Under the pieces are notes generated by a model. It did not search any database. It worked only from the letters and a program-made list of their open reading frames with translations, and was not told the DNA's origin. From positions 30,776 through 94,775 of the forward strand of contig CAYWEW010000003.1 in NCBI GenBank assembly GCA_964457775.1: DNA of 64,000 bases, in the 5' to 3' direction. Origin of the DNA: an uncultured Candidatus Saccharibacteria bacterium (lineage in GTDB: Bacteria > Patescibacteriota > Minisyncoccia > Phycocordibacterales > UBA5272). Both the position numbers and the translations under genes were made by a program. Of this stretch, positions 56,127 through 64,000 are shown piece by piece; positions within the stretch are counted from its first letter, which is position 1, and every line of letters starts with the position of its first letter.

Positions 56127-56858
56127 ATGGAATTCACAGTAAAATTAGACCGATATGAGGGTCCATATACAAAACTTCTTGAATTGATTGAACAGAGGAA
56201 ACTTTCGATTACTGAAATATCACTAGTCTCTGTTGCTGATGATTATATTTCATATATAAAAACTCTTGAACAGAAAAACTTGGTGGATATTTCACAATTT
56301 ATTGTTGTTGCCTCTACTCTAATTTTGATGAAGGTAAAATCTTTGCTCCCGGGAATTGTATATACCGAAGAAGAAGAAAAACAGGTGCATGATTTGGAAA
56401 GAAAGTTGGAGCTTTATGCTATCTTAACAGATGCATGTCAAAAAGTAGCTTCATTCTATAACAAAGGACCTCTTCATTCTCGTGAATATGTTAAATACAA
56501 AGGTCAACCAGTTTTTGTGCCAGATAGTCGTGTTACAAAAGAAATGCTTCAATCTATCGCATCGCTTACGCTTATGTCTTTTGTTACACCAAAGCAACTA
56601 GTGAAAGTTGCTGTAGAACAAGCGTTGCGTATAGAAAATGTAATTGAGAGTCTTCTGGAGAGAGTGCGAACTATACCTCAGGTAACATTACAAAGTTTAG
56701 CTAATGGTGCAGGGACAATAGAAGAGCGCAAGAAAATACTTATTGTTAATTTTATTGCAATTTTGGAACTACTGCGCACTGGTTCAATTAATGTTGAACA
56801 ACATGCAGACGGGGGAGAAATTAGCATAGTCTCAAGTCTTAAAGTCAAAAGTCCTTAA
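56127..56858 (+). CDS. scpA: segregation and condensation protein A
   Basis: ScpA N-terminal LxxYEGPxxxLLELIxxxKL. Confidence 0.85.
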   Translation: MEFTVKLDRYEGPYTKLLELIEQRKLSITEISLVSVADDYISYIKTLEQKNLVDISQFIVVASTLILMKVKSLLPGIVYTEEEEKQVHDLERKLELYAILTDACQKVASFYNKGPLHSREYVKYKGQPVFVPDSRVTKEMLQSIASLTLMSFVTPKQLVKVAVEQALRIENVIESLLERVRTIPQVTLQSLANGAGTIEERKKILIVNFIAILELLRTGSINVEQHADGGEISIVSSLKVKSP

Positions 56859-56991
56859 AGTGAACACATTCGAATTTACTTTTAACTTTATGGACTTTAT
56901 AGACTTTTAACTTTGTTATTCGCCTTACAATATTTTAATAAATTAAAAATGACTACTTATCAAAATTATTCGTGATACACTTATACATATT

Positions 56992-57498
56992 ATGCTTCAA
57001 AAAATAGTTACAGTACTTTTCTTATCAGGAGAACCATTACCTATTGCAACAGTTGCTAGTATTATTGGTGTAACTAATCTTGAAATAGAAAATAGTCTTG
57101 ATGAGCTAAATAAATCATTGAACAGTATCGGCCTGTCATTACTTAGCGCAACTGATGGTATTTCTATTGTTACACATTCCACACAAGCTCCACTTGTAGA
57201 GAAATTTTGGAAAGAAGAATTAAAAGGAGACTTGACTCCAGCAACACTGCAAGTATTAACACTAGTAGCTTATCTTGGCGTAAGTTCAAGAGAACAGATT
57301 TCCTATATAAGGGGTGTGCAATCTTCGCAGTCAATTAGAACTCTAACAACTAGAGGATTAATTTCAAGAATTGGTGAAGCTTGTACCTTAACGTCAGATG
57401 CGCTTAAGCAGCTTGGTGTTACAAAGGTTGAAGATCTACCGGACTATCAAAGGATACATACTGAATTAATTGAAAAACTTGAAGGATACAATCCATAG
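56992..57498 (+). CDS. scpB: segregation and condensation protein B
   Basis: Two wHTH repeats; LFLSGEPL motif. Confidence 0.85.
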   Translation: MLQKIVTVLFLSGEPLPIATVASIIGVTNLEIENSLDELNKSLNSIGLSLLSATDGISIVTHSTQAPLVEKFWKEELKGDLTPATLQVLTLVAYLGVSSREQISYIRGVQSSQSIRTLTTRGLISRIGEACTLTSDALKQLGVTKVEDLPDYQRIHTELIEKLEGYNP

Positions 57499-57508
57499 TA
57501 GTTTTGTT

Positions 57509-58444
57509 ATGATCAAGCACTCACGTCATCATAATATAGATAATGCAATTGTGTATGGGTTAGCTGTTATTTCTGTTCTAATCCTCTCCAATATTGAAAA
57601 ACCTATTTTTTATTTACAGAATAAGTTTATTCCTAAAATAATTACTCATCAAAAAATAGAAACAGCTAATAGTTCAATTTTTAATAAAAGTGCATTTAAT
57701 AATATAAAAATAAAAGGAAAAGCATACGTTGTTTATGACATTGTTGCCAAAGAGGTAATATCAGAAAAAAATGGAAACGTCGTTCTTCCAATAGCTAGTA
57801 TTACAAAAGTCATGACTTCTGTTAGTGCGAGAATGCATAATGATGGAAATAAAAATATAAAGATATTGTCATCGAGTATTGATGGGGCATATGATCTTGG
57901 ATTAAAAAAGGACCAAGTGTGGACCCTAAATGAATTATTAAAATATACTCTAATATTTTCATCAAATGATGGTGCACAAGCTATTGCTGATGTATTAGGT
58001 GGAAGGAATTTTTTTGTATCACAGATGAACAGTGATGCATTATCACTCGGACTCCCACTACACTTCACACACCCGGCTGGATTAGACGTTGATGGAAAAA
58101 TTGGAGGCGAGGGTTCAGCTTTATCTGTTGCAAAGTTAGTAATGATTGCACATAAACTTTTTCCAGAAATATTTGACGTCACTACAAAAACTAGAGCAAG
58201 CATGAATTCAAGTAGTGGTAGAATATCAGGCATACCAAATACTAATCAACACGTCTATAGTTTTAGAGGTATACAACTTTCAAAAACAGGATTCACAGAT
58301 GATGCAGGTGGGAATTTAGTGATTATAGTAGATATTTCTATTGGACACCCTGTAGCTATTGTTGTTTTAGGCTCAACTAGGGAAGAAAGATTTTCTGACG
58401 TTGACATATTGTATAAGGCGTTGCAAAAAAGTATTACTAAATAA
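57509..58444 (+). CDS. dacA: D-alanyl-D-alanine carboxypeptidase (S11 family, low-MW PBP)
   Basis: SITK, SSND, KTGFT motifs; ORF-track start 57470 overlaps scpB. Confidence 0.8.
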   Translation: MIKHSRHHNIDNAIVYGLAVISVLILSNIEKPIFYLQNKFIPKIITHQKIETANSSIFNKSAFNNIKIKGKAYVVYDIVAKEVISEKNGNVVLPIASITKVMTSVSARMHNDGNKNIKILSSSIDGAYDLGLKKDQVWTLNELLKYTLIFSSNDGAQAIADVLGGRNFFVSQMNSDALSLGLPLHFTHPAGLDVDGKIGGEGSALSVAKLVMIAHKLFPEIFDVTTKTRASMNSSSGRISGIPNTNQHVYSFRGIQLSKTGFTDDAGGNLVIIVDISIGHPVAIVVLGSTREERFSDVDILYKALQKSITK

Positions 58445-58523
58445 TTTAAACTACTATACTTTTTCTTAAATAATGTATACAACTCAAGCATTAATTTAAT
58501 ATCTAATATGATATACTTAATTC

Positions 58524-59594
58524 ATGCTAGCATTAGACCCGTTTAAAGTACTTCTTCCGGCAGTTATATCTTTTGCTATTGGAATTATTATTGCCCCCGT
58601 AATTGGGCGTTTTTTAATAGAGAATAAACTTTGGAAAAAGAAAAATGTCACAAAAACAATTGACGGCAAAGAGGCTACAATTACTGCGTCACTACATAAT
58701 GATGAGAAGTTACCCGTACCGCGTTTAGGTGGTTCAGTTGTATGGGTTTCAGTTTTTGTAACAGCACTACTAATTTGGTTTATTTCAAAAGTTTTCCCCA
58801 TACCATTTACTGAGAAATTAGTTTTTATTTCTCGTAATCAAACATGGTTGCCATTAATGGCAATGTTCGTCGGTGCCGTGGTCGGAGCAATTGATGACCT
58901 GTTGGTTGTTGAAGCATTTGGTAGTAAATTAAATTCATATATAGGGGGAGGCCTCTCATTTCCAGTTAGATTAATCGCTGTTTCACTTCTTGGGCTTTTT
59001 GCTGGGTGGTGGTTTTATGCAAAACTAGGTGTTGACGCTGTGTACATTCCTTTTTATGGACATATTCATCTTGGTGGATTACTGTTTATTCTTTTCTTTG
59101 TCGTCGTGACTCTTGCAACTTTTTCTACTGGGGTTATTGATGGAGTAGATGGTTTATCTGGTGGTGTAATGTCAGCAGTTTTTACAGCATATGGCATGAT
59201 TGCCTATGTCCACGGACAAGTAGATATTGCAGCATTTTGTTTCGTCGTACTTGGAGGAATTATGGCATTTTTGTGGTTTAATATTCCTCCCGCACTTTTT
59301 TATTTAACGGAAACAGGAATGTTGGCACTTTCCTTGTCATTATCTGTTATTGCTTTTTTAACTGATGCAGTTATGTATCTACCCATCATTGCTTTTCCAC
59401 TCATGATGACAACAGTGTCTGTTATTCTGCAGCTTGCGTGGAAGAAGATTTTTAAGAAAAAATTATTCATTGTTGCACCATTACATCATCATTTCCAAGC
59501 TAAAGGTTGGACGTCAGCAAAAGTAACAATGAGATATTGGATTGTTTCTTATATGTGCGCATTGCTTGGTGTAGTAATTGTATTGGTTAGTTAA
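58524..59594 (+). CDS. mraY: phospho-N-acetylmuramoyl-pentapeptide transferase
   Basis: GAIDD, VIDGVDGLSGG motifs; 10 TM. Confidence 0.9.
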   Translation: MLALDPFKVLLPAVISFAIGIIIAPVIGRFLIENKLWKKKNVTKTIDGKEATITASLHNDEKLPVPRLGGSVVWVSVFVTALLIWFISKVFPIPFTEKLVFISRNQTWLPLMAMFVGAVVGAIDDLLVVEAFGSKLNSYIGGGLSFPVRLIAVSLLGLFAGWWFYAKLGVDAVYIPFYGHIHLGGLLFILFFVVVTLATFSTGVIDGVDGLSGGVMSAVFTAYGMIAYVHGQVDIAAFCFVVLGGIMAFLWFNIPPALFYLTETGMLALSLSLSVIAFLTDAVMYLPIIAFPLMMTTVSVILQLAWKKIFKKKLFIVAPLHHHFQAKGWTSAKVTMRYWIVSYMCALLGVVIVLVS

Positions 59595-59599
59595 TTATT

Positions 59600-60700
59600 A
59601 TGTTTAAGAATGTAGACAAAACACTATTAATAACAGTTATATTAATTCTCGTAACTGGTCTTGTAACCTTCGGTTCAGCGGCACTCGGTGTACTTGCAGT
59701 TAATGAAGTAAAATTTTATTCAATAATAAAAACACAACTAATATACGCTCTTGTTGGTGGAAGTTTAGCATTATGTCTTGGAGCCCTTATACCTTTTGAG
59801 TTTTATAAAAAGTATGCATTCGTATTGTTCGGGTCAGCTCTTTTTGTAACATCACTAGTTTTTGTTCCTTTTTTATCTAGATATCACGGTGGAGCACACA
59901 GATGGCTTGATTTGGGCCCAGTTTCTGTTCAGCCAAGTGAATTTCTAAAATTTACTTTTGTGGTTATTGTTGCGTATTGGTGCACAAAATACAGAAACTT
60001 ATTTAAAAACTGGCAATATGGATTATTACCATACGCACTTTCAGTTGTAGTTGTTTCAGTTATTTTGTTATTGCAACCTGACTTCGGCACATATTTTATT
60101 ATTATGACAGCATCATTCGCTACATATTTTATTGGAGGTGCACGTAAACGACATATTCAGATACTTGTAATAACAGGAATAATTGGTTTTGCTCTACTCT
60201 TAATGGTAAGACCATATATGATGGAAAGAGTAAAAACATTCATTAACAACACACATGACCCTCGGGGATCTTCATGGCAGCTTAATCAATCCTTAATTGC
60301 ATTAGGTGGTGGTGGATTAACAGGGAGAGGGCTCGGACAAAGTGTGCAAAAGTTTAATTATCTTCCAGAACCAATTGGAGATTCTATTTTTGCAGTTTTT
60401 GGTGAGGAGGTTGGATTTTTTGGTGCACTTTATATCATTATTCTATATGGTATAGTAGGTAATAGGGGGTATTATATTTTTAGAGAAACAAAAGATCAAT
60501 TTGGTCGTTTACTAGCAATTGGTATAGTTTCAATTATTCTTGCTCAAGCAACACTAAATATTGGTTCTATATTAGGTCTGTTGCCTTTAACAGGTGTGCC
60601 ACTACCATTAATTTCACACGGAGGGACAGCATTAATGGTTACATTGTTTGAGTTCGGTGTTTTGTTAAATATTTCTAAATCAATTCAAAAATATTCATGA
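59600..60700 (+). CDS. ftsW: SEDS-family peptidoglycan glycosyltransferase FtsW/RodA
   Basis: SEDS motifs (QPSEF, GGGLTGRGLGQS, PEPIGDSIFAV). Confidence 0.9.
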   Translation: MFKNVDKTLLITVILILVTGLVTFGSAALGVLAVNEVKFYSIIKTQLIYALVGGSLALCLGALIPFEFYKKYAFVLFGSALFVTSLVFVPFLSRYHGGAHRWLDLGPVSVQPSEFLKFTFVVIVAYWCTKYRNLFKNWQYGLLPYALSVVVVSVILLLQPDFGTYFIIMTASFATYFIGGARKRHIQILVITGIIGFALLLMVRPYMMERVKTFINNTHDPRGSSWQLNQSLIALGGGGLTGRGLGQSVQKFNYLPEPIGDSIFAVFGEEVGFFGALYIIILYGIVGNRGYYIFRETKDQFGRLLAIGIVSIILAQATLNIGSILGLLPLTGVPLPLISHGGTALMVTLFEFGVLLNISKSIQKYS

Positions 60701-61803
60701 AAATAGTAATTACAGGAGCAGGGGGTGGACATTTTTATCCGCTAATCGCGGTGATTGAAAGTGCAAGAAAGCAGACTTTTGTTCAAAAAATAGTAGAGCC
60801 AGAAGTTTTCTTTTTTTCTGATAAACCATATGATGAAAAAGCATTATTTGAAGAGCAGATAAAATTCGTGCATGTACCTGCAGGAAAATTGCGAGTCTAC
60901 CCTTCATTTGAAACAATAACGGATATTTTTAAAACATTTTATGGATGTATTATTGCTGTTTTAAAATTATACTCAATATACCCAGATGTAGTTTTTGCAA
61001 AAGGGGGATATGCTAGTTTCCCTACACTTTTCGCTGCCAAGATTCTCTCTATACCTGTCGTAGTTCATGAAAGTGATACTATTCCTGGACGAACAACTCA
61101 ATTTGGTGGTAAGTTTGCATCTCGTGTTGCTATTTCTTATCCTGAAGCGTCCCCATTTTTCCCAAAGGAAACAATAGCATTAACTGGTCAACCAATAAGA
61201 AGCGCACTAATACCACCAGAAAATTTTAAAAGAGAGTATGGTAATAAAGAACGTCCAGCTATTATGATTTTGTGTGGCTCACAAGGAAGTCAGAGAATTA
61301 ATGAAGCAATCCTCGAGATACTTCCTCAACTACTTGATAGATATGATATTGTGCATCAAACAGGAATTGCTAATTTGGAAGAAGTTAAAAAGTTAACAAC
61401 AGAAATGTTAAAAGAGCACAAATTTAAAAATCACTATTTTGTTGATGGTTTTATTGATTTGTCACTATTTTATCCAAAAGTAGATATGGTAATAACACGT
61501 GGTAGTTCTGCAATGTTCGAAATTGCATTATGGCAACTACCGATGTTAGTTATTCCTATCCCACAAAGTATAAGTCGAGACCAATGTAGTAATGCATACG
61601 CAATGGCTAGTCGTGGAATAGCCTCTGTTCTTGAAGAAAATAATCTTGGTCAAGCGATAATTTTTACAGAAATTTCTCGTATTTTGGATAATAAGGAAAA
61701 CTATATGAAGATGTCAGAATCTAGTATGAAACTTAATAATAGTAGAGAATCTGCAAATGTTATAGCTAGAGAACTGATAAGAATTTGCTTGTCACATAGT
61801 TAA
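60697..61803 (+). CDS. murG: UDP-GlcNAc:lipid I GlcNAc transferase MurG
   Basis: GGGHFYP N-terminal G-loop; GT28 C-terminal domain. Confidence 0.9.
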   Translation: MKIVITGAGGGHFYPLIAVIESARKQTFVQKIVEPEVFFFSDKPYDEKALFEEQIKFVHVPAGKLRVYPSFETITDIFKTFYGCIIAVLKLYSIYPDVVFAKGGYASFPTLFAAKILSIPVVVHESDTIPGRTTQFGGKFASRVAISYPEASPFFPKETIALTGQPIRSALIPPENFKREYGNKERPAIMILCGSQGSQRINEAILEILPQLLDRYDIVHQTGIANLEEVKKLTTEMLKEHKFKNHYFVDGFIDLSLFYPKVDMVITRGSSAMFEIALWQLPMLVIPIPQSISRDQCSNAYAMASRGIASVLEENNLGQAIIFTEISRILDNKENYMKMSESSMKLNNSRESANVIARELIRICLSHS

Positions 61804-61895
61804 CGGTTAATAGCTTATGGTCTATAGCATATAGCTATAATACAATACAAAAAGAAAACCCGCCGAAACGAGTTTTCGTGTCGACGAGTAGATAT

Positions 61896-62147
61896 TCAAC
61901 CTGGACCAATTTCATTTTCTTTACTGTTATGAAGTATGAACATTCGTGCGCCGTACAAAATTCCTGTGCAGGCAAGAATGCTTAGTCCAGAAAGCACAAC
62001 AGCCATAGACAACATATCAAAACTCATCCGTGGCGTTATCCATTCGCGATTGAAGCCGAAAATAAGCGAAATTGGAAGTGATGCAAATCCAATGAAAATC
62101 ATGAAAGCTGCGACAGCAATCAAAAACATTTCAAAGCGATTAAACAT
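61896..62147 (-). CDS. small 2-3 TM membrane protein
   Basis: Hydrophobic 83-aa ORF, only minus-strand gene in the last 30 kb. Confidence 0.4.
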   Translation of the reverse strand: MFNRFEMFLIAVAAFMIFIGFASLPISLIFGFNREWITPRMSFDMLSMAVVLSGLSILACTGILYGARMFILHNSKENEIGPG

Positions 62148-62398
62148 AAGAGTTTCTCCTTAAAATTTAATGAGCAGGCAACTCTTCTATTATCACATAT
62201 TTATAGCACAATGTCAATAGTGATAAAAGTCTTGAACATATAGAATATTAATTAGAATGTAGTATGTTGCCATTTTGGACATATCTAAATATTATTAATT
62301 TTAAACATAATATATGATATTTATATTTAAATATACTTATCAATAATTTTCTAATTGCTAATGGCAACAAGCTGTTCACGATGATATACTATGTAAAT

Positions 62399-63718
62399 AT
62401 GGTTACATCAAAAATAGTTACACGTTTTGCTCCTAGCCCAACAGGTCTTCTTCATATGGGTAATTATCGTACCGCTGTTTTTGCATACTTATATGCTCGT
62501 AAAAATGGAGGTAAATTTATTCTTCGTATAGAAGATACTGACCGCGAACGTAGCAAAAAGGAATATGAGGATAATATAATAGAAAGTCTAGAATGGTTGG
62601 GTCTTAATTATGACGAAAAGTATCGCCAAAGTGAACACGTAGAATCTCACACAAGACATCTGCAAAAATTGATTGATGACGGTCATGCATATATATCCAA
62701 AGAAGAGGCAAAAGATGGAAGTGGGGTGATGAGAGAATTGGTAAGATTTAAGAATAAAGGGGAAGTGGTAGTTTTTGAAGATGCAATACGTGGACGAATA
62801 GAAACTGATACAACAGACTTAGGTGATTTTGTTATTGCAAAGTCAATTACAGAACCACTTTTTCATATTGCTGTTGTTGTTGATGACCACGAAGAAGGGG
62901 TGACACATATACTTCGAGGAGAAGACCATATTCCGAACACTCCACGTCAAATTCTAATCAGAGAAGCGTTAGGATTTCCTCAGCCAGTGTATGCGCATCT
63001 ACCATTAGTATTATCAGAAGATAGAACTAAGCTCTCAAAGAGAAAAGGAGCTCTTCCTGTAACCGCGTATCGTGACATGGGATATTTGCCTTCAGCAATT
63101 ATAAACTTCATGACTTTCATTGGATTTAATCCAGGAGGAGAAAAGGAGATTTTTACACTTGATGAATTAGTTGAAGTTTTTGATTTGGTAAAAATACACA
63201 AAGGAGGAGCAATTTTCAATAAAGAAAAACTTTCATGGATGAATAAAGAACATATAAGATTACAGTCAGTTGAGACGCAATATAATACTGTGAAAATTTA
63301 TATGGAGAAATATCCAGAAGATATTTTGAAGAGACTATTACCAGCAGTTATAGATAGAATTTCTACTTACGGTGAATTAAATGAAATTAAGAATTTGGAG
63401 TTCGGGTTTTTTATAAATACACCTGTTTATAATGTTGAGAAAATTACTTGGAAAGATGCTGGAAAAATTGAAGCTTCACAACACTTAAAATCAGTAAAGG
63501 AATTATTAACTAAAGCAGATTTCACATCACCTGAGACTATCAAGCAATCAATTATAGGTTATGCAGAAGAAAAAGGTAAAGGTAATGTTCTTTGGCCACT
63601 TCGTATGACTTTATCTGGTCAAGAAAAGTCAGTAGATCCATTTACAATTTGTTATGTATTAGGAATTGATGAAGTTATTAAACGTATAGATTCAGTATGT
63701 CAATTGCTTGATGCATAA
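62399..63718 (+). CDS. gltX: glutamyl-tRNA synthetase (short form)
   Basis: RFAPSPTGLLHMGN (HIGH), KLSKR; start at MVTSKIVTRF (ORF-track 62381). Confidence 0.9.
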   Translation: MVTSKIVTRFAPSPTGLLHMGNYRTAVFAYLYARKNGGKFILRIEDTDRERSKKEYEDNIIESLEWLGLNYDEKYRQSEHVESHTRHLQKLIDDGHAYISKEEAKDGSGVMRELVRFKNKGEVVVFEDAIRGRIETDTTDLGDFVIAKSITEPLFHIAVVVDDHEEGVTHILRGEDHIPNTPRQILIREALGFPQPVYAHLPLVLSEDRTKLSKRKGALPVTAYRDMGYLPSAIINFMTFIGFNPGGEKEIFTLDELVEVFDLVKIHKGGAIFNKEKLSWMNKEHIRLQSVETQYNTVKIYMEKYPEDILKRLLPAVIDRISTYGELNEIKNLEFGFFINTPVYNVEKITWKDAGKIEASQHLKSVKELLTKADFTSPETIKQSIIGYAEEKGKGNVLWPLRMTLSGQEKSVDPFTICYVLGIDEVIKRIDSVCQLLDA

Positions 63719-63727
63719 ATTAATATT

Positions 63728-64000
63728 ATGATACGCAGCTCTTTTTTAAATTCAATATTTCTCACAATGTTAATGTTTGCACTAAGTACGCCATTTGTTT
63801 CACTTGCCCAAACAGCAGAAGATAACCAAACAGCTGAACAGCTTCAGTCCGATTTGAATTCATTGTCTGATAAAATTAAAGCATTAGATGCTGAAATAAA
63901 AAATTATAATTCTAAGGTTGCAAAAACTCAAGGTGAAGCTAAGACACTTAAGCAGGCTTTGGCTCGCCTTGAAGAAAGACGTGTTGGGCTTATAAAAGAT
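63728..64000 (+). CDS. secreted coiled-coil protein, N-terminal part (possibly M23-peptidase/EnvC-like)
   Basis: Signal peptide then heptad-repeat coiled coil; runs off window. Confidence 0.35.
   Translation, partial: MIRSSFLNSIFLTMLMFALSTPFVSLAQTAEDNQTAEQLQSDLNSLSDKIKALDAEIKNYNSKVAKTQGEAKTLKQALARLEERRVGLIKD

Overview
This is a low-GC (~35%), gene-dense window, almost entirely on the + strand after 11.5 kb. The housekeeping backbone looks like a reduced-genome bacterium, possibly Patescibacteria/CPR-like (inference). Most core genes lack Shine-Dalgarno sequences, several start 0-10 nt after a TGnTAGAAT extended -10 box (leaderless), and AlaRS, AspRS and GluRS are short forms. Backbone in order: mreB-mreC-(small ORF)-mrdA, greA, lysS, mraZ-rsmH-ftsL-ftsI, a LexA-box/lexA locus, ychF, alaS, infA-rpmJ-rpsM-rpsK-rpsD-rpoA-rplQ-rplM-rpsI, grpE-dnaK-dnaJ, trpS, aspS behind a T-box leader, scpA-scpB-dacA-mraY-ftsW-murG, and gltX. 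Accessory material is interspersed. (1) A PKD-domain surface protein gene is inserted between ~100-nt direct repeats of the greA 3' end plus terminator. (2) A two-gene cassette (Gly-rich anchored protein plus membrane partner) is inserted between 27-nt direct repeats of the rpsI 3' end. A paralogous copy of that cassette sits after alaS. (3) A block carries a Cas4-like PD-(D/E)XK nuclease, a minimal class III nucleotidyl cyclase and a PIN-PhoH ATPase. (4) There is a GGDEF cyclase, a truncated Y-family polymerase remnant next to lexA, and several hypothetical genes that, unlike the core, carry strong SD sequences. (5) Three ORF-free transcription-unit-like regions have promoter plus intrinsic terminator and are candidate ncRNAs. 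One repeated palindromic element occurs in two copies, and a short AACTAGTAACCAGTAACTA motif recurs. I saw no rRNA, tRNA or CRISPR array by eye; all calls are from manual reading of the sequence and the ORF track only.
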